Assembly (NCBI GenBank): GCA_041687695.1
Contig: JAWLBL010000014.1
Span: 96,001 to 160,000, forward strand
Length of the DNA stretch: 64,000 bases
Reading direction: 5' to 3'
Origin: Myxococcota bacterium
GTDB taxonomy: Bacteria > Myxococcota_A > UBA9042 > PHBI01 > JAWLBL01
This document shows, piece after piece, positions 50,239-60,743 of the stretch. The notes beneath the pieces were generated by a model that saw only the letters and a list, made by a program, of their open reading frames with translations, was not told the DNA's origin and made no database searches. The stretch's first letter is position 1. Every line of letters begins with the position of its first letter. Made by a program: the position numbers and the translations under genes.

Positions 50239-51096
50239 CTAGGGGAGCGACAGCGTCTGGCCGATGCCCAGGGTCCCCACTCGGATCTGGCGGTCGAAGC
50301 CCTGCACGTCGTCGTAGAAGCGTCCGAACTTCGTCAGGGGCAAAAGGCGCATGGGCGCGTCGGCGGCGCGGAAGAAGTCGTCGTAGTGGGTGGGGACGAC
50401 CATGCGCGGGGTGAGGTGCTTCAGGATGCGCGGGATGTAGCGCTCGGTGGCGTGGCGGCCCGAGATGCCCATCAGGAACAGATCGACGTCCTTGTGCCGG
50501 ATCGCGTCCTCGATGAGGTTGGCGCTGCCCTGGTGGTACAGGGTCAGGCCGTCGACCTCGATGGCGAGGCCGAAGACGTCGCCGCACTTGTAGTCCTTGC
50601 CGCGGATGGGCAGCTCGCAGCTACACGGGATGTCGCCCGCGTAGGGGACCTTGTGGCCGAGGGCGAAGCGGCTGTGCTCGCTGGGGATGAGCGTGACCTT
50701 GAACGGGCCGACCTCGACCGTGGTCTCGCCCGTGCAGGCGACGAACTGGGACTCGGGCAGGCCCGAGCAGGCCATCAGGTTGGCCGTGCTGCGCGAGCCG
50801 TAGACTTTGGCGCCGGTCTTCTGGGCGAGGTAGGGCACGTCCATGACGTGGTCGAAGTGGCTGTGGCCGACGAAGATCGCGTCGGCGCGGGTGATGCCAG
50901 CGGCCTCGATGCGGGCGGCGTCGGGGCGGATGGCCCCGGTCAGGTAACGCCACAGGCCGACGCGGGTCAGGTACGGGTCGACGAGGATGACGTGCTCGCC
51001 GGCGCGGATCTCGAAGCCGGCGGTGCCCAGCCAGCGCAGCTGGACGCGGCCGTCGCCGCCGTGGGTCGGGTCGAGGCGGAGGTCGTCAGGGTGCAT
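50239..51096 (-). CDS. MBL-fold metallo-hydrolase
   Basis: WLGTAGF, DPYL, GHSHFDH, PTHYDDFF; start overlaps the amidohydrolase end. Confidence 0.85.
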   Translation of the reverse strand: MHPDDLRLDPTHGGDGRVQLRWLGTAGFEIRAGEHVILVDPYLTRVGLWRYLTGAIRPDAARIEAAGITRADAIFVGHSHFDHVMDVPYLAQKTGAKVYGSRSTANLMACSGLPESQFVACTGETTVEVGPFKVTLIPSEHSRFALGHKVPYAGDIPCSCELPIRGKDYKCGDVFGLAIEVDGLTLYHQGSANLIEDAIRHKDVDLFLMGISGRHATERYIPRILKHLTPRMVVPTHYDDFFRAADAPMRLLPLTKFGRFYDDVQGFDRQIRVGTLGIGQTLSLP

Positions 51097-51871
51097 CGCC
51101 GGCTCCGAGGCGCAGGTGGGCGGGGAAGAGGCCGTTGAGGTTGTCGAAGAAGATGCGGCGACGGCCGGCGTCGTCGACGTCGAGCGCGTCGACCACGGCC
51201 TGGAAGCTGCGCGGGTGGTTCAGGTTATAGTCGCTGCCGAAGAGGACCCGCTCGGGCCCCAGGCGGTCGACCGCGTGCTGGACGATCCAGTACTGGCGGA
51301 CGGACTCGGTGCCGAGGAAGGCGTTCGGGATGCCACGCGCTTCGATGTGCGCGACGGTGCCTTGGACCAGATCCGTCCCGTCGCCGCCCATGTGGCAAAG
51401 GATGACGTTGAGATCGGGGTGGCGCTCGGCGACCTCGAGGGGGAAGCGGAACGAGGCCATCTCCTGCCATCGCCCGCAGTGGACCAGGACCGGGACGCCG
51501 CGCTCGGCGGCCCACCGGTAGTACGGGTCGAAGACGGGCTCGGTGCAGCGCTGGCGGAGGAAGCTGGGGTGGATCTTCAGGGCCGCCACGTCGGCGGCGT
51601 GGTCGTCGAGGAACGCGGGCAGCGAGGCGTCCGCGGGGTCGACCCAGGCGCAGAACCGGAAGGCGACCGGCGACGGCCCTTGCGCCCGCAGGGTCGCCAG
51701 GAGGCCCGCGTTGTCGGCGACGTCGGTCGGCATGACGAGCGCGCCCGCGTAGCCCAGCTCGGCGTACAGGCGCGCGGCCTCGGCCAGCTGCGTGGCGCGG
51801 CCGGAGAAGTCGGGGGTCCGCCAAGGCCCCACGTGCACGTGACCGTCGATGACCCTCACAGCCGCGCTCAT
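51086..51871 (-). CDS. Amidohydrolase (Amidohydro_2) family protein
   Basis: IDGHVH, LKIHP, PVLVHCG, ILCHMGG, VLFGSDY. Confidence 0.85.
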   Translation of the reverse strand: MSAAVRVIDGHVHVGPWRTPDFSGRATQLAEAARLYAELGYAGALVMPTDVADNAGLLATLRAQGPSPVAFRFCAWVDPADASLPAFLDDHAADVAALKIHPSFLRQRCTEPVFDPYYRWAAERGVPVLVHCGRWQEMASFRFPLEVAERHPDLNVILCHMGGDGTDLVQGTVAHIEARGIPNAFLGTESVRQYWIVQHAVDRLGPERVLFGSDYNLNHPRSFQAVVDALDVDDAGRRRIFFDNLNGLFPAHLRLGAGDAP

Positions 51872-51891
51872 ACCACGATGCGGCGCGGCCG

Positions 51892-53262
51892 TCAGGTCTC
51901 GTCGGGCGGCGGCTCGGGCGGCGGGTAGAGGAAGCGCAACAGATCGGTGCGCGACAGGATGCCCTGCAGGCGGCCCCCCTCGACGACCGGCAGGCGCCCG
52001 ATGTCCTTGTCCACCATCTTGTCGAGGGCCTCCTCGAGCGTGTCGCCGCAGTCGGCCGTCACGACCGGGTGCGCCATGCAGCTCGACACCGGCAGGTGCA
52101 GCCGCCCGTCCTTGCCGGCCGCCGCCACGTCGCGGCGCGAGATGACCCCGACCAGGGCGCCGTCCTTGAGCACCGGCAACCCCGACACGCCCAGGCCCTC
52201 GAGCATGCGCCCGGCCTGCTCGAGCGGCAGGTCGGCCTCGCAGGTCTGGACGACGCGGGTCATCACGTCGCGGACGCGGCTCGGCCGCGGCGGGTGCTCC
52301 TCGAACCAGGCGACCAGCCGGGCTCGGACCTCGTCGACGGTGACCTTCTTGAGGAGCGCCGATCCCGCCCCGGCGTGACCGCCGCCGCCCATCGCCTGCA
52401 TCAGCTCGCCGATGTCCACCCACGGCACCTGCGAGCGGCCGATGGCCTGGACGCGCTCGCCGTAGCCGAACACGCCGATGACGGCGGCGTGCCCCAGCAG
52501 CGACAACGCGTGCGAGACCACCTCGGCCAGCCGGTCGACCCGCTCGGGCAGCGCGATCGCCGCGAGGCCGATGGGGACGTGCCCGCAGGTCAGGGTCCGC
52601 ACCTGCCGCAGGACCTCGACCAGGACCTCGAGGTGCTCGCCCGAGAACGGCTCGCGCAGGTAGCGCTGGACGACCTCGGTGCGGGCGCCCAGGCCCATCA
52701 GCCAGGCCACCGCGTCCGCGTCGCGGGCCGTCGCGCTGGGGAACGTCAGCGAGCCCGTGTCGGCGTGGATGCCCAGGGCGAGCAGGGTCGCCTCGACCGA
52801 GTCGAGCGCGGCGCCCCGCTCGCGCAGCCGCTCGACCAGGAGCGTCGTCGCCGAGCCGATGGGCTCGACCACCTCGTGGGTGGCCTGGACGTCGTCGGCC
52901 GAGGGCCCGTGGTGATCGTAGACGTGGACCTCGAAGCCGGGCGGCGGGTCGCGCATGCGCTCGAGCAGCGGCCCGTAGTCGCGCAGACGGCTGGCGCGGC
53001 GCACGTCGACGATGATGACCCGCTCGACGGCGTCGAGGTCGAGATCCTCGACGGGCACCTGCTCGAAGCGGTCTTTGTGCAGGGCGAGGAAGTCGCGGAC
53101 GCCGCGGCTGACCGTCTTGCCGCGCACCATCACGGCGCCGGGATACACGCGCGAGGCGGCGACCTTCGAGGCGAGGGCGTCGAAGTCCGCGTTGGCGTGG
53201 GTGACGATGACCTCGCGGGCGGCGAGCCGGCGAGGCGGCGGTGGTGCGTCGGCGGGCTTCAA
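51892..53262 (-). CDS. DHH-DHHA1 phosphoesterase with tandem CBS domains
   Basis: THANADFDA, IVD, YDHH, GIHADTGS, GGGGHAGAGSA, then a CBS pair; TTG overlaps the upstream TGA. Confidence 0.85.
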   Translation of the reverse strand: MKPADAPPPPRRLAAREVIVTHANADFDALASKVAASRVYPGAVMVRGKTVSRGVRDFLALHKDRFEQVPVEDLDLDAVERVIIVDVRRASRLRDYGPLLERMRDPPPGFEVHVYDHHGPSADDVQATHEVVEPIGSATTLLVERLRERGAALDSVEATLLALGIHADTGSLTFPSATARDADAVAWLMGLGARTEVVQRYLREPFSGEHLEVLVEVLRQVRTLTCGHVPIGLAAIALPERVDRLAEVVSHALSLLGHAAVIGVFGYGERVQAIGRSQVPWVDIGELMQAMGGGGHAGAGSALLKKVTVDEVRARLVAWFEEHPPRPSRVRDVMTRVVQTCEADLPLEQAGRMLEGLGVSGLPVLKDGALVGVISRRDVAAAGKDGRLHLPVSSCMAHPVVTADCGDTLEEALDKMVDKDIGRLPVVEGGRLQGILSRTDLLRFLYPPPEPPPDET

Positions 53263-53915
53263 GCGTGCAGGGGCCGGGGCAGCGAGGGAGGGGCCGCCGG
53301 CAGGGCGTAGGGCGCCTGTCGGTAGGCGTCGGCGATACCGCAGCGGCGCGCGGTCCGCAAGTTCGCGCACAGCACGACGTCGGCCTCGGTCGCGGCCCGT
53401 TCGGCGGCCTCCCAGCTCCCGGTGGGCGCGGTGACCAGCACGCGGGCGGCCCCGCCGGCCCGGAGGGCGCGGACCCGGGCGGCCAGCGCGTCGGGGCGCG
53501 TCAACCCTTCGTCGACCAGGATGACCAGCTCGGCCGCGGCGCCGACGGCCAGGGCCTCTGGGCCAAGGACCGGGGCGGTCCCGCGGCGGCGCCGGACGGT
53601 AGCGGCCAGGGGGCCTCGGCGCCGATGCGGGCGCGCCCGGGACCCGAGGGGCGCCGGGGACACGGCGAGGGGGATGGTCTTCACGGCGAACCCGAGCCGC
53701 TCGGCGAGCAGGCAGGCCAGCTCGCTGGCCTGGGGCGTCGCGGCCACGACCGTGCCGCGCAGCCGTCTACAGAAGTCCAGCGCCTCGCCCAGCATGCGGG
53801 CGGCCTCGGGGCGGTCCGCGAAGACGCCGGTGCGACCGCGCAGCTCGGGCAGGTCGACGACCAGGCCGCGCGGGGCGGGTATGGGCGGGGTGCGCGGGGT
53901 CGTGGGCGGGGCCAT
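53259..53915 (-). CDS. Degenerate phosphoribosyltransferase-like protein
   Basis: VFADRPEAARMLGEAL, VILVDEGLTRP, RVLVTAP, EADVVLC; SD GGAGGA. Confidence 0.6.
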   Translation of the reverse strand: MAPPTTPRTPPIPAPRGLVVDLPELRGRTGVFADRPEAARMLGEALDFCRRLRGTVVAATPQASELACLLAERLGFAVKTIPLAVSPAPLGSRARPHRRRGPLAATVRRRRGTAPVLGPEALAVGAAAELVILVDEGLTRPDALAARVRALRAGGAARVLVTAPTGSWEAAERAATEADVVLCANLRTARRCGIADAYRQAPYALPAAPPSLPRPLHA

Positions 53916-53931
53916 ACGTCCTCCGGGGCGG

Positions 53932-54909
53932 TCAGGCGCGGGGCATCGCGTCGAGCAGCCGGTCCACGCGCGACAGATCGACGCGGCTCGGGCCGAGCCG
54001 GGGCGCGCGCCGGCGCGGGGTCGCTGCGGGCGCGGCGCGATGGAGGCAGCGCAGGACGCGCATCGGGGTCCCGAGATCCGACCAGCCGCACCAGGGCACG
54101 GCCAGGACGCGGAACAGGTCCGGCGCCCCCTCGAGGACGTCGCGCGAGAAGTCGTGGCTGGGCAGCAGCGGATAGACCTGCGCGAGCGCGGCCCGATCCA
54201 GGTAACCGGCGGCCAGGCAGCGGTCGCGGAGGGTCCGCGCGAGCAGCGGCAGGCTGCGCTCGAAGGCGCCGACCAGCGTCCGGACCGGGGCCGCGAAGGT
54301 CATGCTGCTCCACAGCCCGCCCTGTTGGAACAGGCGCTGGGCCAGCAGCTTGTCGGGCTTTTCGACGAAGGCGGCGACGCGGCGGGTGGCGTCCTCGCCG
54401 TCGTCGGCGGGGACGATCCAGCCGTAGCCGAAGTCCGGCGCGTCGGGGCGCATGCCGAGCAGGACCGACTGCCCGTCGCGGCGCGCGCTCGACAGCGCGG
54501 CCTCGAGGCCCCGGACCAAGGCCGCCTCGTCGGTGGCGTGGTGGTCGCTGGGCAGGGTCAGGACGGCGGCGTCGGGATCCTGCAGCTGGACGTGCAGCAA
54601 CGCGAGCAGGAGCCCGGCGGCCGTCCCGCGGCCGACCGGCTCGACCAGCACGTTGGCGCGCGGCAGGTCGGCCAGCTCCGTCGTCCACCAGGGGCGGTGG
54701 CGCTCGGCGACGACGACGACGATGCGGTCCTTGGGGACCAGCCGCGCGACCCGGTCCAAGGTCGCCCCGAGCAGCGAGCGGTCGCTGCGGAAGGTGCAGA
54801 ACTGCTTGGGCACGCTCACGCCGTCGGGGCTCATCGTGACGCGCGACAGGCGCGTGCCCTCGCCTCCCGCCAGGATGACCGCCCAAGCTCTCCGCGGTTC
54901 GTTCTGCAT
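53932..54909 (-). CDS. Sugar-phosphate nucleotidyltransferase (mannose-1-P guanylyltransferase-like, no PMI domain)
   Basis: ILAGGEGTRL, PKQF, EPVGRGTA, LPSDH, GYGWI, FVEKP, GWSDLGT. Confidence 0.85.
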   Translation of the reverse strand: MQNEPRRAWAVILAGGEGTRLSRVTMSPDGVSVPKQFCTFRSDRSLLGATLDRVARLVPKDRIVVVVAERHRPWWTTELADLPRANVLVEPVGRGTAAGLLLALLHVQLQDPDAAVLTLPSDHHATDEAALVRGLEAALSSARRDGQSVLLGMRPDAPDFGYGWIVPADDGEDATRRVAAFVEKPDKLLAQRLFQQGGLWSSMTFAAPVRTLVGAFERSLPLLARTLRDRCLAAGYLDRAALAQVYPLLPSHDFSRDVLEGAPDLFRVLAVPWCGWSDLGTPMRVLRCLHRAAPAATPRRRAPRLGPSRVDLSRVDRLLDAMPRA

Positions 54910-54976
54910 GCTTCCCCACTCCCCTGATGCGGTTGCGCCGGCCGGACGGCGGGCGTGTTGGCTCCGGTGGGACAGG

Positions 54977-54992
54977 TGCAACAGCCGTACCA
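54977..54992 (-). promoter_or_regulatory. Sigma-54 (-24/-12) promoter
   Basis: TGGTACGGCTGTTGCA on minus strand, GG-N10-GC, near consensus. Confidence 0.8.
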
Positions 54993-55046
54993 CAACGCAA
55001 CCCGTTGAAATCACGAGGTGCTGGCGGGCTCGACGGCGCGCGGCGC

Positions 55047-55187
55047 GGGGATAATTCCCCATTCCAGTGGGGACCAGGGCGGGAAAGGAGCGCTTCGGGG
55101 CCGCCCGGATCGCGCGGAGGGGCTGGCGCAGGCCGGACCGGGGAGGCCGGTGGGAAATTTCCCGCCCCTCGTCCTGGGAAAAATCCC
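55047..55187. promoter_or_regulatory. Three palindromic GGGA-W4-TCCC sites (candidate enhancer/UAS)
   Basis: GGGGATAATTCCCC 55047-55060, GGGAAATTTCCC 55152-55163, GGGAAAAATCCC 55176-55187. Confidence 0.7.
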
Positions 55188-55321
55188 TCGCCATCCCAGG
55201 GCCGGCGCGCAGGCCGAAAAGTGCCCCATTTCTTCGTCATTACACGTCGTTGGAGGTCCACGGCCGCGACCTCCAAGCCTCGTCTCTAGCCCTGCGAAGG
55301 CGGCGCCCTATACTGGCGCGC

Positions 55322-56710
<1,389 letters not shown>

Positions 56711-56726
56711 CGCCCGCCCGGTCGCC

Positions 56727-57272
56727 TCAGTCCTCGCTGAGCTGCCCGTACCAGTAGCTCATGTCCGTCAGGTACTGCCGCCACGACGGGGGCATCGACC
56801 GGTCCGTCGTGAACCGCAGGCGCCAGCTGTCGGGCAGCGAGCGCGGCTTGACCGGCTCCGACATCAGGCGCATGCGCGCGTCCTCGGGCGTGCGGTTGCC
56901 CTTGCGCTGGTTGCAGGGCAGGCAGGCGATGACGATGTTGTCCCAGCGCGTCAGGCCGCCGCGGCTGCGGGGGACCACGTGGTCGTAGGTCGCGAGGTGA
57001 CGCGGGACGCGGTGGCCGCAGTACTGGCAGCGCCCCTTGTCGCGCGCGTAGACGTTCTCGCGCGAGAACTTCACGCCGGGGCGGTGCCGACGCAGCGCGC
57101 GGACGAAGCGCACCACGGACGGCATGGGCAGCTGCACGCTGACCGTGCGCACCACCCGGTCCTCGTATTCCTCGACGATCTCGACGCGGCCCGTCACCCA
57201 GAGCGTCATGGCGCGCTGCCAGCTGACTCGCTCCATCGGCTCCCAGGCCGCGCTGAGTACCAGGGTCTCCAT
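56727..57272 (-). CDS. HNH endonuclease (McrA/HNH_5-like)
   Basis: TLVLSAAWEP, FSRENVYARD, CQYCG, DHVVPRSRGG, WDNIVIACLPCNQRK. Confidence 0.9.
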   Translation of the reverse strand: METLVLSAAWEPMERVSWQRAMTLWVTGRVEIVEEYEDRVVRTVSVQLPMPSVVRFVRALRRHRPGVKFSRENVYARDKGRCQYCGHRVPRHLATYDHVVPRSRGGLTRWDNIVIACLPCNQRKGNRTPEDARMRLMSEPVKPRSLPDSWRLRFTTDRSMPPSWRQYLTDMSYWYGQLSED

Positions 57273-57499
57273 CGATCGCGCCTTCGGTGACGGGCGCCGC
57301 GCGAGCCATGTGGCTCGCAGCGGCCTTGCTGCCTCAACACGCGGCGGCCGCGGTCCATGCCCCGGGAACCTCCCGCCGTCGCCGTCGTCCCTGGTGCACG
57401 GGCCGTGACGCGCGCAGGACCCGCGACCCGTGGACGCGCGGGCGCGGACGAGGGACCATCACCCGACGGCGCGGCGCCCCCTGGTCGGTGGAGGAACGG

Positions 57500-58753
57500 A
57501 TGGAGCCCCTTTTCGCCTTGTCGCTCTTGGCCACCTTCTGGCTCGCGCCCGCGCCGGATGCGGCCCTCGGCGCGCTCGCGGCCGCCCTCGACGCCGGGGC
57601 CGAGGCCTCGACCGCCCAGCTCGCCCGCGAGGACGCGGAGGCCACCCTCGCCCACGGCGCGGCGCTGGTCGAGCGCTTCGAGTGCGCCCGCTGTCACGTC
57701 TCGGAGCGCCTCGCCGCGCCTGCCCGCGAGCAGCACTGCGTGGGCTGCCATCAGGACATCCTGGCCGGCCGCTACGACGCCCCGCCCGACGTGTTGGCCG
57801 ACTGGCGCCGGCACATCGTCAACCTGCGGCACGCCCCCAGCCTGGACGCCACCGCGCGCCGCTTCCGCCGCGACTGGCTGGCTCGCTTCCTCGTGGCCCC
57901 GCACGACCTCCGCCCCGCCCTGCCCGCCTCGATGCCCCGCCTGCCGCTGCGCCCCGCGCAGGCGCGCGCCATCGCCGCCTGGCTGGTCCCGACCGAGGAC
58001 CTCGGCCCCGCCCCGGCCGGCGATCCCACCCGCGGCCGCGTCCTGCTCGACACCAAGGGCTGCGGCACCTGCCACCGCATGACCGGCGCCGAGCCGCCCC
58101 TGAAGCCGTCGCCGCTGCCCGTCACCGTCCCGGCCGAGGCCATGGTCGCCGGCATGGCCCTGGCCCCCGACCTGCGCCACACCCGCGCGCGCTTCCAGCC
58201 GGCCGCCCTGGTCCCGTGGCTGCTCGATCCGGTCGCCGTCAAGCCCGACACGACGATGCCCAAGGTGCCGCTGACCGAGGCCGAGGCGCGCGACATCGCC
58301 GCCTACCTCCTGCACGCGCCGCTCGCGCCCGCCCCCGTGGCCGCCCTGCCGAGCCGCCTGCCGCCGCTGAGCCGCCGCGTCACCTGGGACGAGGTCGCCG
58401 CCCGCGTCTTCCGCGACACCTGCTGGCACTGCCACGGCGAGCCCGACCCGGTCCGCGGCGACGGAGGGCCCGGCAACACGGGCGGCTTCGGCTACGCGGG
58501 CCGCCGGCTCGTGCTGTCCGACTACACCGCCGTCGCCTCGGGCAGCGTCGACGACGCGGGGCACCGGCGCAGCCTGTTCACGCGCCTGCCGGACGGGACC
58601 CCGCGCCTCGTCGCGCACTTGATGGCGCGCCACGCCGAGGTGGCCGGGCGGCCCGTCCACGGCGTGCTGGGCATGCCCCTGGGCCTGCCCCCGCTGAGCC
58701 TCGAGGACATCCAGCTGGTCGAGACGTGGATCACCCAGGGCCGGCCCCGCTGA
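57500..58753 (+). CDS. Multiheme c-type cytochrome (4 CxxCH)
   Basis: Signal peptide; CARCH, CVGCH, CGTCH, CWHCH; MP motifs as candidate distal Met ligands; SD GGAGG. Confidence 0.85.
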   Translation: MEPLFALSLLATFWLAPAPDAALGALAAALDAGAEASTAQLAREDAEATLAHGAALVERFECARCHVSERLAAPAREQHCVGCHQDILAGRYDAPPDVLADWRRHIVNLRHAPSLDATARRFRRDWLARFLVAPHDLRPALPASMPRLPLRPAQARAIAAWLVPTEDLGPAPAGDPTRGRVLLDTKGCGTCHRMTGAEPPLKPSPLPVTVPAEAMVAGMALAPDLRHTRARFQPAALVPWLLDPVAVKPDTTMPKVPLTEAEARDIAAYLLHAPLAPAPVAALPSRLPPLSRRVTWDEVAARVFRDTCWHCHGEPDPVRGDGGPGNTGGFGYAGRRLVLSDYTAVASGSVDDAGHRRSLFTRLPDGTPRLVAHLMARHAEVAGRPVHGVLGMPLGLPPLSLEDIQLVETWITQGRPR

Positions 58754-58861
58754 CCGGCGCGGCTTGAAGACGATCCGCAAGCGATTACGGGTATTTACAC
58801 ATCCCTCCGCCGCACCCGGTCCCGGGCCGCGGCGCGCCTGTCACCGACCAGGAGGTGGGGC

Positions 58862-59392
58862 TTGCCCCTACGAATCCACCCGAGCTCGGGGGCCATCCAA
58901 TGGCTCGCCACCGGCGCCGCGATGGGCGTCGTGGCGGGCGTGACCCTGGGCTTGTACGAGATGATCGTCGCCGGCCTGACCGGGCCCGGCTTCCTCGCCC
59001 CCGTCATCGCCGCCGCGTCGCTCGTGGACGGCCCGGACGCCCTGGCGGCCGCCGAACAGGCCGAGGTGATCCGCCGTGGCCTGATGGTCCACGCGGCCCT
59101 GTCGGCCGGCTGGGGCGCGTTCTTCGGGCTGCTCGGCGCCCTCGTGCCCGTCCTGAGGATGAGCCGGCTGGGTGTCTTCCTCGTCGGGCCGCTGTTCGGG
59201 GCCCTGGTGTGGGCCGTGCACTTCCAGCTGGCCGTGCCGCTCCTGTTCCCGTGGTTCCCCACGAGCCCCGGCGGCATGGGGCTGACCGGCCACGTGGCGC
59301 TGTTCGGCGCCGTCCTGGGCGCGCTGGTGGCGCGTCGCATGGACCGCTACAGCCTGCGCGCCGAGCTGGGCCAGCCGTCGCGCGCCTCCTGA
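58862..59392 (+). CDS. Hypothetical integral membrane protein (about 4 TM)
   Basis: SD AGGAGG + TTG; hydrophobic helices with His (LMVHAALS, WAVHF, GHVALFG). Confidence 0.7.
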   Translation: MPLRIHPSSGAIQWLATGAAMGVVAGVTLGLYEMIVAGLTGPGFLAPVIAAASLVDGPDALAAAEQAEVIRRGLMVHAALSAGWGAFFGLLGALVPVLRMSRLGVFLVGPLFGALVWAVHFQLAVPLLFPWFPTSPGGMGLTGHVALFGAVLGALVARRMDRYSLRAELGQPSRAS

Positions 59393-59412
59393 CGAGGCGC
59401 GCGGGCTCCGAG

Positions 59413-59437
59413 GTGCCCCGCCACGCCGGCGGGGCAC
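59413..59437. terminator. Hairpin between convergent genes
   Basis: 10-bp stem GTGCCCCGCC/GGCGGGGCAC followed by GTTCG. Confidence 0.5.
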
Positions 59438-59465
59438 GTTCGCCGTGGTCCTCCGGGCGCGGGGC

Positions 59466-59879
59466 CTACTCGAGCTGGTCGCGCAGCCCCCGGAGCACGT
59501 CGATGTAGCTCACGATGCCGACGAGCTCGCCGGTGTGCTCCTGGACGACCGGGATGGCGCCCACGCGGTGCTCGATCATCAGATCCATCACCTCGCCGAG
59601 GTCCGTCTCCGGGTCGACGTAGAGGACGTCACCGCTCATGACGTCCGAGATCGCCGCGCGCCCGCCCGCCTCGACCACACGCAGCGCGCGGTCGTCGTCG
59701 GCGGTCACGGCCGACATGGCCCGGAGGTCGCGGTCGCTGACCATCCCCACGAGCTGCCCGGCGTCGACGATCGGCAGGTGCCGCACGTCCAGGTCATGAA
59801 GCAGCTCGTAGGCCTGCGACACCGAGGTGTCGGTGCCGACGAACCGCGGATGACGTGTCATCACGTCCTGTGCGTTCAT
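59466..59879 (-). CDS. CBS-pair protein
   Basis: DVMT, VRHLPIVD..LVGMVSDRDL; DVMS, AIPVV..LVGIVSYIDVL. Confidence 0.9.
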   Translation of the reverse strand: MNAQDVMTRHPRFVGTDTSVSQAYELLHDLDVRHLPIVDAGQLVGMVSDRDLRAMSAVTADDDRALRVVEAGGRAAISDVMSGDVLYVDPETDLGEVMDLMIEHRVGAIPVVQEHTGELVGIVSYIDVLRGLRDQLE

Positions 59880-59960
59880 GGCGTCCCCCCTTCCAGGTCC
59901 ACGGACAACCATGCGCCCGCCCCACGGCCGTTCAAGCGCAGCGCGCCTGGAGGCGGCCGC

Positions 59961-60743
59961 TCAGTCGTCGGGGTTCCAGTTGCCGTCCACGTCCGGGGGG
60001 CGCTCCTGGAGGCTGGAGGCCAGCTCGCCGAGATCCTGGTAGCGGCTCTGGCAGGGGCGCCCCTCGGCGTGCAGGAACCGCACCCGTCGGTAGTCGGCCG
60101 ACAGCCGGATGAGGGTGGACGAACGCGTCCCGTAGTTGCGGCCGTCGGCGTGGACGCACGTCCCCGCCAGCGGATCGGGGTCGTGACGCCGCAGAAGCTC
60201 GAGGAGCGCCTCGTCCGTGGGCGCCTCGGAGGCGCGCGCGAGGCGGTCGAGCGTCTCGGCGAGCGCCGCCTCGCGCGCGGGGGTCCGGGCGCCGAAGCTG
60301 GCCTCGGTGAAGACGTGGGCGCCGGGCTCGAGGGCGTCCCAGGCGAAGCGGACCCCGTCGCTCCAGGCGACGAAGGCCTCGTCGCGGTCCGCGATGACCA
60401 GATTGAAGGGGTTGAACGCGATGGCGTCGAGGTCGGCGACGTGCTCGATGGCGACCCGGGCCCTGGGCTCGGTCAGCGCGGCCAAGGGCAGCTCGCCGCG
60501 CGAGCGGCGGTGGGGCTGGCGCACCTGCCCCATGCGGTTGGTGACGGCCGCCACGACGCCGCCCGCGTTGATCCCGAGCCAGGTGCCGCCGGCCTCGACG
60601 TCGCGCGGCGCCAGCGTCGGGATGGCGTGCTTGTCCCAGAGCGTGGGCGGCTCGGCGGGTCGGTCGAGGCGCTCGTCCCGGTTGGCCGCGAGGATGAGGG
60701 GCGCCTCGGGGAAGAGGCCGTGGAGCAGAATGAGCGTGCACAT
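59961..60743 (-). CDS. NRDE / TANGO2 family protein
   Basis: MCTL, AANRDE, GGTWLG, SRGEL, FNPFNL, YGTRSST. Confidence 0.9.
   Translation of the reverse strand: MCTLILLHGLFPEAPLILAANRDERLDRPAEPPTLWDKHAIPTLAPRDVEAGGTWLGINAGGVVAAVTNRMGQVRQPHRRSRGELPLAALTEPRARVAIEHVADLDAIAFNPFNLVIADRDEAFVAWSDGVRFAWDALEPGAHVFTEASFGARTPAREAALAETLDRLARASEAPTDEALLELLRRHDPDPLAGTCVHADGRNYGTRSSTLIRLSADYRRVRFLHAEGRPCQSRYQDLGELASSLQERPPDVDGNWNPDD

Noticed and set aside
51892..53262. Calling this gene cca
   Set aside because: No nucleotidyltransferase (GGxVRD / DxD / RRDF) domain is present
56727..57272. HNH as IscB/Cas9-like or mobile-element nuclease
   Set aside because: Only 181 aa; no RuvC motifs, PLMP start, terminal repeats, transposase or methylase neighbour
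58764..58805. AT-rich patch as an FNR/CRP site
   Set aside because: No TTGAT-N4-ATCAA or TGTGA-N6-TCACA match; probably only a promoter region
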